Positions 40,950 through 52,332 of a DNA stretch of 64,000 nt are shown here, one piece after another. The notes beneath the pieces were generated by a model that saw only the letters and a program-made list of their open reading frames with translations, was not told where the DNA came from and ran no database searches. The DNA lies in contig OX597824.1 in NCBI GenBank assembly GCA_951406725.2, forward strand, positions 70,866,001 through 70,930,000, read 5' to 3'. The stretch comes from Octopus vulgaris (lineage: Eukaryota). The first letter of the stretch is position 1, and every line of letters begins with the position of its first letter. Position numbers and translations under genes: made by a program.

Positions 40950-41358
40950 TATAAAGTCATAAATGACAGAAAAATATTTAGATGAATCTTTATTTAATGA
41001 TAAAAAAAATCCAAATATTACCACAAATTTGTTTCATAACTCAAAAAACAACTAAATAACTTATATTATCATATTTAATAATAAATATATTATTTACATG
41101 TCTGCACTGATACAAAATGTAAAAAAATCTTTCAAGATGATGCAGAATTTGAGCCACGACATAACTCAAATCCTGCATCATTTTGAAAAGATTTTTTTTA
41201 CATTTTGTATCAGTGCAGACATGTAAATAATTTATTTATTATCAAATATAATATAAGTTATTTACTTGTTTTTGAGTTATGAAACAAATTTGTTGTGATA
41301 TTTGGATTTTTTATTGTTAAATAAAGACTCGTCTAATTATTTCTCTGTCGTTTATGAC

Positions 41359-41362
<4 letters not shown>
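40950..41362. repeat. Long AT-rich fold-back with ~200-bp arms and ~10-nt loop
   Basis: ...ttacatgtctgcactgatacaaaatgtaaaaaaatctttcaagatgatgcagaatttgag [ccacgacataa] ctcaaatcctgcatcattttgaaaagattttttacattttgtatcagtgcagacatgtaa... Confidence 0.9.
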
Positions 41363-41409
<47 letters not shown>

Positions 41410-41649
41410 ACAAACACACACACATACACACAGGCACGCGCAAGCAAACATTCACTTGATAACAATTACAGAGCAATACATACATATGCCTACAAAATAT
41501 ATAGACATTAATTAATAAAAGAAATAGAATTTGTGGACATTAATTAATAAAAGAAATAGAAATTGTGGACTAGTGGATAATGTTAGTGGTTCTGTTCGAA
41601 CTAGTAATAGTAGTAGAGTCTACTTATAGAACAGGTTTATGTCAAATTG

Positions 41650-43030
41650 TTTACATTGTCCAAAAACTAAAATTCACCATGAGAATTATTTAGGTTTTTA
41701 AGGATGAGACCTTTTTCAAGTGTGCAGAGATTTTAACTTTATTAGCATTCATTTAAGGCCACAGTCTTTAATAATTGGTATTTATAAAAGAAGAGTTATC
41801 TTTTAATTGCCAGATATAATTGGATAACTTTCTCACATTTCTCTTTTTAATGTGTTTCAAAGAAGTATAATAGTTATCCCTCAAATTATATTTTCCTTCT
41901 GTCATGCTTATGTATTGTTTATGTGCTTTATTGAAATTTGGTTTAGTTTACTTTGGTGGATCAGCTTCTGTTTCATATGTAATGATGCCTATGTTGCATG
42001 ACATATTGTGTAAACTTAAGCTGATATCTCTGCATGTACAATCAAGGCCATATTTTTGGAGGCATATGCAATAATGGTTGTGCAACTGCGAGTTTATTTA
42101 AGTCAGATCCATTATATATTTTTCTATATTTATTGTTGGTGAGAAGTGTTTATCAATTAATACTGAAAAGGTTTTAATGAATATTTGACTTAATGTTTAA
42201 TAAAAATAGGAAGTGTAAAGCAGAGAATATTTTGTTACTTTTTACTATTTCTGAGTTGGCAGGGCTGGTAGCAAATGCAATTTTATCTTTGAATTTGTTC
42301 ACTTCCAAGATATTATTTAAGTAAAGAAACTTTTGTCAATGATTCCCTTCTTTAAGAGTAAAATGAAAATTCTTTTACAGTTTTGAAATTTAAAAATTTT
42401 AAGGGTATGTGGCAGGAGCCTATCTTAACATAAGTTTTTCATTAGGTTTACTAAAAATTTTATAAAAGTTTATTGTTAAATTTAGCATATCAAATGTCCC
42501 CTAAACGTGTAGATAAGGTTATCTCTTTATATAGCTAATGTGTGTTAGTTGGCTTATTTGGATATAGTTGACATAGTATCTTTATAAGAATCAATGTCTT
42601 TTGAAGTAAGCCTCTTGCTTTGTATATCTAGGATATATAATCCTGGAAGCTTTCATATCTCTATGCTATCATAATCCCCCATGCTTACTTCAACAGTACC
42701 AGAGTGGTCAGATTTTACCCGGACAGAATCTTTGTCAAAATTGAGTGATATCTAACATGATTGATAATCTCAGTTCCTTTATCTTTTATTAGTTTATAAG
42801 TCTTTCTTTGCAAATTCTAAGCACTTCAGAGCGAGGATTTAGAGATAAAAGGCTAAATCTGACAATGTCAAATTGGATAATTTGAGAGTTCTGTTTATAA
42901 CTAATTCTGATAAACCAACCATGTTACATCACTGGAGGTTGATAGCCTGCCTAATATTATTGTTGAAATTATTTAAAATTTTCATCAAGGTTATCTCGGT
43001 TTAGGGTTTAAGGTAAACATTTTCTTTATG
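41650..43030 (-). mobile_element. Highly decayed Penelope-like element (RT + GIY-YIG endonuclease)
   Basis: Reverse strand reads QFDIV (~42860); VEVSMGDYDSIEI*KLPGLYIL (~42630-42695, cf. [22 protein letters not shown] motif); LIDKHF (~42145); KQYISMTEGK and LSNYIWQLKD (~41800-41920). Motifs are in the expected order. Confidence 0.75.
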
Positions 43031-43169
43031 CTTCCTACTTTATGATAGTCTTCAATCTGTTATCTAGTTTACGCGGTTTTCTATATATTCATCTCATTGT
43101 TAATGTTGTATGCTGTTTTTCCTACAGTTTTGGGTTGTTATTAAGTAACTGTGCAGAGTATTGTCACCT

Positions 43170-43628
43170 CCAGAAAAGTTTTAAGGTTGTGTTAAAAAAT
43201 ATTGCATAGCAGCCATGAAGCCCATTTGATAATTTCTTTATCATTGTCCATGTTTCACTGCCATATAATAGCGCTTATTTGACAGTTGCAATGTACAGCT
43301 TGATTTTGCTTCACCTTGGCAGTTTGGAGTTCCAGACCTTTCGTTTGTGACAGGCTGTCCATGCTTGTACCTTCCTGATCTTAATATCTGCTTCCAAACT
43401 GTTCACTTATCCATCTAAGTACTTGAAGTTTTCAACAACATCAAATTTGTAACTGCTCAGAGTAAAAAGTTCAGCATCCCTTGATCGGTTGAAAGATGTG
43501 TGTTCAGTTTTCTTGACATTTGTATTTGTCCAATTTTGACAGCTGAGGTTTCTACTCTTCTGAGCAACTGCTGTGCTTGATCTATCTTATCAGCTATGAT
43601 TGCTATATCATCTGCAAAGTCCACCATT
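43170..43628 (-). mobile_element. Decayed RTE-type LINE reverse transcriptase fragment
   Basis: Reverse strand VDFADDIAIIADKIDQAQQLLRRVE...VVENFKYL...DIKIRKVQAWTACHK...LLYGSETWT. Confidence 0.85.
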
Positions 43629-44241
43629 GTTAAAAAAAGAGCATCTTTTTTTCTACACTATTCTCTTTCTGCATATGATTCTCTCTCAAAGACTTTGGAA
43701 AGGTGGAATATGATACATATGATAGGTGCAGTTGGCTGTCTGTGGCCTTATGAATTGTAAATATTTTACTGTCTCTTGCGGTATTTCCCATATATACATA
43801 CATCACACATGCAGACACACATACATAGAGAGAGAGAGAGTGCGACAGAAAAACCTCCCACATTTTACATACTCATTAATGTGGCATTAGTAAGGTTAGT
43901 TAGATGGTAATGGAGTCTCCATGTAGATATTTTACCGTTTTATTAGTTACCATTGTGGTTTGACCATCATAAATTGTGTGTTTGTTGTTAAAGCATTTGT
44001 CAACCAGTGAAATGTGTCCCACCCTGCACATACAGATATATATATTCATGTGTGTGTGTGTATGTATGTATGTATGTATGTATGTATGTATGCATGTAAG
44101 TGTGTGTGTGTGTGTGTGCCTTTATGTATGCATATATTTATATATACATTTATAAATATATGTGTGTGTGTATGTATGTAAGCATGCATGCATGCATACA
44201 AGTAAACCTTAATAAAATGACCAATACATGTTTAAATCCAG

Positions 44242-44361
44242 ACCCTCGCTTCATATAATGGTCCAAGCTCTCTAAGCATGAAAGACTGGAATTCACTTCC
44301 CAAAGTGCAGTTTGCTGGCACCGAGTATGGCTCATATGGCTCTCTGAATAGCTTTTTGCAA
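44242..44361 (+). CDS. PDZ-protein gene, 120-nt exon (TLASYNGPSSLSMKDWNSLPKVQFAGTEYGSYGSLNSFLQ)
   Basis: Weak acceptor tttaaatccAG; consensus donor CAA|gtaagt; phase 0/0, open, non-repetitive sequence between microsatellites. Confidence 0.6.
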
Positions 44362-44379
44362 GTAAGTTCCAGTTTACTG

Positions 44380-44594
44380 TTTGTTGTTGTTGTTGCTGCT
44401 GCTGCTGCTGTTGTTGTTGTTGTTGTTGTTGTTATTTTTGCTGCTGTTGTTGTTGTTGTTTTTGATGTTGTTGTTGTTTTTGTTGTTGTTGCTGTTGCTG
44501 CTGCTGCTGCTGTTGCTGCTACTGCTGTTGTTGTTGTTGTTGTTGTTGTTGTTATTGTCGCTGCTGCTGCTGTTGTTGTTGTTGTTGTTGTTGC

Positions 44595-44640
<46 letters not shown>
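44380..44640. repeat. (GTT)n/(GCT)n trinucleotide tract
   Basis: Directly visible. Confidence 0.95.
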
Positions 44641-44861
44641 CAGCCTTGGGACAGCCGTGAGTGATTTGAACTTTTATCCCTCTCTTTGATGTTGTGTATT
44701 AGAACTACATTATCCAATGTGTTTCCCATGCCTTTTTTTTTTGTCCACAGATAGTAACGTATATATAACTCAAGAAAGATATAAGCTGCTATTTCTAATA
44801 GGCTAAGCTACCATTGACTTGTTTTCATTCTTTTCATTGTGTATGTATGTATGTATGTATT

Positions 44862-45232
44862 TTAGTTAGTTAGTTAGTTAGTTAATTTGGCTCAAAAGCA
44901 AATAGCAAGGCCATGTAGGGGGACATGGAGTTAAGTACAGGGTGGTGTTCATGTAAAGAGTTCAGGCCACTTGAGGTCCAGGGAGGCTTTGAACAAAGCG
45001 GTCGTCGGCATCTTCACCATCTCATCTGGCAGCTTGTTCCACGGATCCGCAACCCGGACGGAGAAAGCTCCTCTCCTTCGATTGAGATGAAATCGTCGCA
45101 GGTAGAGCTTTTCGGAATGACCCCGCAGCCGACGCTCTGGAGCAGGAGTGAAGAACAGCTCTTTCGAGAGGTTACACTTTCCGCTTATGATGTTGTGGGC
45201 GAGAATGAGATCACCACGGCGGCGGCGTTTTT
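44862..45232 (-). mobile_element. 3' end of CR1-group LINE with (CTAA)n tail
   Basis: RRRGDLILAHNII...LRGHSEKL...RRGAFSVRVADPWNKLPDEMV...FKASLD then stop, short UTR and (TAAC)n tail; CpG intact. Confidence 0.85.
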
Positions 45233-45269
45233 CGTGTGTGTGCTTGAGTACATACAACACACACACATC

Positions 45270-45650
45270 GTGACACTCCATCAGTTATGACAACAAGGGT
45301 TCCAGTTGATCCAATCAATGGAACAGCCTGCTCATGAAATTAACGTGCAAGTGGCTGAGCACTCCACAAACATGTGTACCCTTAATGTAGTTCTCATGGA
45401 GATTCAGCATGACACCGAGTATGACAAGGCTGGCCCTTTGAAATACAGGTACAATAGAAACAGGAAGAAAGAGTGAGAGGAAGTGGTGATGAAAGAATAC
45501 AGCAGGGTTCACCACCATCCCCTGCCGGAGCCTCGTAGAGCTTTATGTGTTTTCGCTCAATAAACACTCACAACACCCAGTCTGGGAATTGAAACCAGGA
45601 TCCTATAACTGCTAGTCCACTGCTCTAACCACCGGGCCATTGCGCATCCA
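45270..45650 (-). mobile_element. SINE family D
   Basis: Reverse complement of 61117-61500. Confidence 0.85.
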
Positions 45651-45739
45651 CCACACACACATACACAAACACATATGCACACATGTAATATAGAAATGTA
45701 TTTGTTGCCAAATCAATCAACTGTAATTAACTGTGTAAC

Positions 45740-45773
<34 letters not shown>

Positions 45774-45995
45774 GTTTAACGTCTGTTTTCCATACTAGCA
45801 CGGGTTGGATGGTTCGACCGGGGTCTGGGAAGCCAGGAGGCTACACCAGGCTCCTGTCTGATTGGGCAGTGTTTCTACAGCCAGATGCCCTTCCTAACGC
45901 CAACCACTCCACGAGTGTAGTGGGTGCTTTTTATGTTCCACTGGCACAGAAGCCAGTCAAGGCAGCACTGGCATCGGCCACACTCAGATGGTGCT
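45740..45995 (-). mobile_element. SINE family B
   Basis: (ATC)n tail and gatgcccttcctaacgccaacc. Confidence 0.85.
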
Positions 45996-46341
45996 TACCA
46001 ATAAATCTATAATCAATAGTGAGGGTTCGTGGCCTAGTGCTTAGGATCTCGCGCTCATGATCACAAGATCCTTCGTTTCAATTCTCAGACTGCACAGGGC
46101 ATTGTGTTCTTGAGTTAAACACATCGTCTAATGTTGCTCTGAAATCACTTTGACATCTGACAAGTAGGAAACTGAGCATCTGTTCAGGCAATGTGGGTTT
46201 GATGGAGGGAAAGTGCTAATGTATAACACAAGCATTCAGTCACTGTAATCAAATCATCTGTACAGGGTGTTCAGCAAGAAATGGAGGAGCCCTCATCTGT
46301 TGTCTAAGACAGGAGAATCCACAATGAATCAATAGGACATT

Positions 46342-47244
46342 ACTCTTTTACTTGTTTCAGTCATTTGACTGTGGCCATGCTGGAGCACCACCTTTAGTTG
46401 AGCAAATTAACCCCAGGACTTATTCTTTGTGAACCTGGTATTTATTCTGTCGCTCTGTTTTTGCCGAACCACTAAGTTACGGGGGACATAACCACACCAG
46501 CATCGGTTGTCAAGTGATGTTGGGGGGACAAACATAGACACACAAACATAAATATCTATATATATAAAACTCAACTTGTGTGTCTGTGTGTGTATCTGTG
46601 TGTGTCTCTGTGTGTTTAACTTCCCGGCACATCTCCTCCTAGCCAGCAAATCGTAGAACCACAAAAAATGGGTCACTTAAAGTTTAGGCGAATGAAAATT
46701 GAACTGCACTATTTCTGTTCCGAAATTCATCTCGCAAATGCAAAAATCGATAATGTGTTTGTTTAGGCTTTATCCCATGTATTGAATAGTGAACTTTACT
46801 CAGTCAGCTGTTTGACGTGGACTGTGTTCACCACATGTGCAAGCATGCGTAAATTGCATGAAAAATAAAAAATCAAGATATAAAAACGAATCGCCGTAAA
46901 CATTGTAGAAATTCAGCAAAGAAATGAATTTTCGGGATGTAGCCTGGAGGGTTTTTTCCTATTAATTGTTTGGACTTTGTGAACACATACAAATTGTTTT
47001 CATAACATTTTTAACGCTTTGAATTATATGTGACCATTTTGCATTGAGTCTGCAGTTTGAATCATTTTAACCAAATTTTAGTAGGCCGGATTTTTTATCA
47101 TCACGATACATCGCCAGCAACTCCCTGAATCTCTCCCCTGAAATCCCCATTGAGAAATCTATTATATATATAATAATACTTTGAATGTGACTCCTGAGAA
47201 AGAGTAAAAGTAATTATCCGATGAACGACAGGTATTACTGCTAG

Positions 47245-47285
<41 letters not shown>

Positions 47286-47440
47286 GACGGGCCTCCCTCA
47301 GTCTCCATCTGCCAAATCCACTCACAAGGCTCCGAATGGCCCAAGGCCACAGCAGAAGACACTCACCCAAGGTGCCATGCCAAACCGCTAAGTTATGGGG
47401 ACATAAACACACCAGCTACTTACCACATAGCCACTCCTGA
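46342..47440 (-). mobile_element. SINE family A split by a Helitron
   Basis: 3' half at 46342-46554, 5' half at 47245-47440. Confidence 0.8.
46555..47244 (+). mobile_element. Non-autonomous Helitron
   Basis: A|TCtatatatataaaa ... ccgatgaacgacaggtattactgCTAG|T: 5'-TC, 3'-CTAG, inserted between A and T with no TSD; degenerate subterminal hairpin. Confidence 0.75.
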
Positions 47441-47955
47441 ACTCAGAGCCAGAACAAAAACTAATAAAAGGATTTCTATCTGACAACCCTAACAGCTCTA
47501 CAAATTCATCACCTTCTTAAATTTACTGCTACTGATTAACTTAGTGTTGATATATTTTATTCATGTAGCAAGAAATGTCTGTGCAATGAGAAATATAGAG
47601 CAATATCAGTCAGTGATGTTAAGTATGGAAGATAACTCTACTTAGGTTTTGCTCCTATTCTGACCTCATCAGTGAAACATTTACTTCATTATCATACTTG
47701 ACAAAATGGTGAGAGAATTACTAAGTAAATGTAAAAGGTTGTACATTTATTGGTGAAAAAAAAAAAATGGAATTTTTTCAAAAATAAATGATTTAATGTT
47801 TATATAGGCAAACTAATAATTTTTATTTGAGATGATTTTAAGTGTATTAAAATATCATTTTGCACCAGTTTTGAAATTTCTCCACCTGGAATGTACCATT
47901 GTTTCTAGATATGATCATTTACTTTTTTGTTTCTTTACCTACCTTATTACTTAAG

Positions 47956-47982
47956 GTTAGAGTGTTACCCGTAATAGGACAG
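47956..47982 (+). CDS. PDZ-protein gene, candidate 27-nt microexon (VRVLPVIGQ)
   Basis: Long pyrimidine tract ending ttacttaAG; donor CAG|gtaaca; phase 0/0, frame preserving. Confidence 0.5.
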
Positions 47983-48475
47983 GTAACATTGTAAGTATAC
48001 CTATGCTGCTATAGGTAAATATAAGGAAATATGGTATTGTTATAATAATTATAATTTAACCTTTATTGAATCTTGGGGCTTATAGAAAATGATAAAATAT
48101 AGCTTAGTATGTGCACTCATCTTGCAGCTTTCCATATCTCTCTTTTATGCTGTGTCTCTTTCATCTCTGTCTCTCTCTCTCTTTCCCTCTCTTTCTCTCT
48201 TCTCTCCTCTTTATATGTTGGAGAAATCAGCCAGTCATAACAACTGCATAATTATGACAATTCCTCTATAATATTGTTTTTACTAATTTATTTTCGTTTC
48301 TTTTAACAATCATAACTTAACCTAATTAAACTTCCTACATGTTTAGGGAAAGTAAAAATCATCCTGACACTTCTTGCTATGTCTACGGTAGCTTCACAAT
48401 TATATCATAATGATGACATGTTAAAAGAGATCATAAAAACTGAAGCTCAAGCTACTATATTGTGACTGTCAACTA

Positions 48476-48652
48476 GGTGCAGGAGTGGCTGTGTGGTAAG
48501 TAGCTTGCTTACCAACCACATGGTTCTGGGTTCAGTCCCACTGTGTGGCACCTTGGGCAAGTGTCTTCTACTATAGCCTTGGGCCGACCAAAGCCTTATG
48601 AGTGGATTTGGTAGACGGAAACTGAAAGAAGTCTGTCGTATATATGTATATG

Positions 48653-48697
<45 letters not shown>

Positions 48698-48900
48698 GTG
48701 CCTTTGTGTCTGTGTTTGTCCCCCCAACATTGCTTGCCAATCGATGCTGATATGTTTACGTCCCCGTAACTTTGCAGTTTGGCAAAAGAGACCGATAGAA
48801 TAAGTACTTGGCTTACAAAGAATAAGTCCTGAGGTTGATTTGCTCGACTAAAGGCGGTGCTCCAGCATGGCCGCAGTCAAATGACTGAAACAAGTAGAAG
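48476..48900 (+). mobile_element. SINE family A
   Basis: Full-length match. Confidence 0.85.
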
Positions 48901-49604
48901 AGAGAGAAGGGTATATATGGACTCAAATATAACTACATAGTTGCCCAAGACAAGCCATGAGTTCCTCATCAGATTTATGCAGTGTGTTCAAATGGCTTGC
49001 AAGACTAGTTCAAGAAAAAGAGGCCCTCAATGTCTTTTGCATTTGGAGGGAACTGAAGATCACTTTACATATCTTCTTTCTGTATTGTTACAATTATAGA
49101 GTTTTTTCCTTTAGCCTAGCTAACCCAAAAGAAAATATTTTTACCATCTCTTCATATTAGACTTGTTATAATTTGTTGAGGCAATAACTATAACTAAAAA
49201 AAAAAAATTCTCAAGTTTCTCTCAGAAATACTTCCAAACTTAAATGTTGTCAAAATTAAAGAGAAGGATTTTTATAGGTCTTCGAGTTTGAGGGTTACTA
49301 AAAAATACAAAACTTCTGATGTAAATACTCACATCACTGGTGCTGAAAGTGTGGCAAACAAGATTCCAAATAAATTTGTGCAAATTCTTAGAAAATTAGA
49401 TATCTCTTATTTTTTTTAAATGGTGTTAAAACACAAATTGAGATTTTATAAGATGTAGGTTGCCATATGTTTCCTAAATTGCATTTACATCCAAATTCCA
49501 GCTCAGTTAGAGATGAACAAGGAGAGTGATATTAGTGCTGTCTTCACGATACTAATGTCCTTTATCTTTTGAATATGTTATATTTTAGACCGAAATATTG
49601 ATTT

Positions 49605-49805
49605 CAAATTTTGATGCAAGATGAGCAATTTGATGGGAGAGGACAAGTTGATTACATCGACCCCAGTATTCGACTAGTACTCGTTTTATTGACCCTGAAA
49701 GGCAATGTTGACCTTGGGAGGATTTGAACTTAGAATGTGCAAGCGGATGAAATGTCGCTAAGCATTTTGCCCAGTGTGCTAACGATTCTGCCAGGTTGTT
49801 GCCTT
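49605..49805 (-). mobile_element. SINE family C
   Basis: Reverse complement match. Confidence 0.75.
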
Positions 49806-50109
49806 ACATTTTTGATTGAAATATTGAAAATAAAATATTTTCCTGTTATTTCTTATACTATTAGGCTTATTTTTTTATTCTTTGTTTCACACAATTTGCT
49901 GTAGCCATGTCAAGAACCATCAACATTTTGCATTTCAGCTGAGCATTGTTTTCAGCTAGGAGGCTATATATTTCTAGTAGGCTTCTATGTAACTTGACAA
50001 AATGAAATAAAACTAAATGCTTGTGAGTTATTTGAGATTGATTGTCATCCAATAAATTATTTTCATTGTTTTTTTGTTTTCTTTCTTTCTTTCTTTTTGT
50101 CTGTTTTAG

Positions 50110-50254
50110 GAGCCAGAAGTTATAAGTGCGGATTTGTTAAGCCAGGATTTCACTGGTCTTGGTTTCAACATATCAGGTAATATGAGAAATGGGATATATA
50201 TTGATGAGGTAAGAAACAGAGGACCAGCAAAGGAATCAGGGAAGTTAAAAGCCG
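50110..50254 (+). CDS. PDZ-protein gene, exon encoding N-terminal half of PDZ domain (EPEVISADLLSQDFTGLGFNISGNMRNGIYIDEVRNRGPAKESGKLKA-G)
   Basis: Acceptor ttctttttgtctgttttAG; donor CCG|gtaagt; GLGF carboxylate-binding loop and GIYI..V...GPA..SG.L..G PDZ signature; phase 0 in, phase 1 out. Confidence 0.93.
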
Positions 50255-50321
50255 GTAAGTAGCCAAGAGTTTCACCATTTCTAGGGGTTCTATGAACATA
50301 CACATCTCTTTCTCTTTCTCT

Positions 50322-50709
50322 CTCTTTTACTTGTTTCAGTCACTTGACTGCGGCCATGCTGGAGCTCCGCCTTTAATCGAGCAACTCAACCCTGGGACTT
50401 ATTCTTTGTAAGCCCAGTACTTATTCTATCGGTCTCTTTTTGCCGAACCGCTAAGTGACGGGGACATAAACACACCAGCATCTGTTGTCAAGCAATGCTA
50501 GGGGGACAAACACAAACACACACACGCATATATATATATATATAGATATATACGACGGGCTTCTTTCAGTTTCCGTCTACCAAATCCACTCACAAGGCTT
50601 TGGTCGGCCCGAGGCTATAGTAGAAGACACTTACCCAAGGTGCCATGCAGTGGGACTGAACCTGGAACCATGTGGTTGGTAAACAAGCTATTTACCACAC
50701 AGCCACTCC
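50322..50709 (-). mobile_element. SINE family A
   Basis: Reverse complement match; very similar to the 8922 copy. Confidence 0.85.
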
Positions 50710-51119
50710 GGTTTCATAATAATGATAATCCTTTCTACAATAAGCACAAGGCCCAAAGTTTTAGGAGGGATTAGTTAATTACATCGACCTCAATACCCAA
50801 CTGGTACTTGTTTTATCGACCCCAAAAGGATGACAGGCAAAGATAACAACAGTGGAATTTGAACTCAGAACCTAAAACTGGAAGAAATGCCACAAGACAT
50901 TTTTCCAACCACAGTAACAATTGTGCCAGCTCACCACCTTATTAATAATAATGATCTGTCTAATATATACACAAGTCCAAGAGTTTTGAGAGGAGGGGCT
51001 AGTCAATTACATTTATCCCTTGATTTAACTGGTACTTATTTTATTTACCTCGAAATAATGAAAAACAATGTTGACCTTGTTAGAGTTTGAGCTTAGCAGG
51101 AAAAGATCCAGAAGGAGAG

Positions 51120-51168
<49 letters not shown>

Positions 51169-51388
51169 TAATAATACTAAAACTCTAGAAGCTGTTTGTT
51201 TGTACCCGAAATATCTTTGAAATAGTAAATCCACTCACAAGGCTTTGGTCGGCCTAAGTTGATAGTAAGACACTTGCCCAAGGTACCACGCAGTGTGACT
51301 GAAGCCAGAGCCATGTGGATAGGAAGCATACTTCATACAACACAGTTACTCATATGTATGTGTGTATGTATGTATGTATGTATGTATG

Positions 51389-51425
<37 letters not shown>

Positions 51426-51563
51426 TAGTATACGTATATATATATATATATATATATATAGTATACGTATATATATATATATATATGATATATATGAAAT
51501 ATGTATAATATAAATATGTATGTATATATATATAAAATATACATATATATATATCTTAATATA

Positions 51564-51614
<51 letters not shown>

Positions 51615-51822
51615 CAACAATTTAGATTCAAATGAATATGGTACTTAATTTAGATGCTCCAGAATTTTGTATGGTGTTACCCATAAAAATTTGCGGGGTG
51701 ATTATAATAAAAAATAAGCAGCAAGAATGACCCCGGTAATTTGGTACAATTGTTTCGCACTACAACATTTTATTAAAGTTGTAAGAATTACAACAGTGTG
51801 TGTATATCTATCTATCTATCTA

Positions 51823-51877
<55 letters not shown>

Positions 51878-52230
51878 TCTTTACTCTTTTACTTGTTTCA
51901 GTCATTTGACTGCGGCCATGCTGGAGTACCGCCTTTAATCGAGCAACTCGACCCCGGGACTTATTCTTTTGTAAGCCCAGTACTTATTCTATCGGTCTCT
52001 TTTGCAGAACTGCTAAGTGATGGGGACATAAACACACCAGCATCGGTTGACAAACACACAAACACACACACGCATATATATATATACGACGGGCTTCTTT
52101 CAGTTTCCGTCTACCAAATCTACTCACAAGGCTTTGGTCGGCCTGAGGCTTGCCCAAGGTGCAACGCAGTGGGACTGAACCCGGAACCACGTGGTTGGTA
52201 AACAAGCTACTTACCACACAGCCACTCCTA
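51878..52230 (-). mobile_element. SINE family A with small internal deletions
   Basis: Reverse complement match. Confidence 0.85.
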
Positions 52231-52332
52231 TAATTGTGATGTTTACAATTTAATTTAAAATTTATTTTACAGTAATATTATTATATAATGATAAACTATA
52301 TGTATATCTAATCTTATTTTATTTTATTTCAG

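Noticed and set aside
41504-41570. 32-bp tandem duplication
   Set aside because: Simple local slippage, two copies only.
44281-44303. KDWNSLP resembling a CR1 LINE C-terminus
   Set aside because: No other LINE motifs; better explained as part of a spliced exon.
44362-44689. Poly-Val/poly-Leu ORFs resembling transmembrane proteins
   Set aside because: (GTT)n tract lying after a consensus splice donor; intronic.
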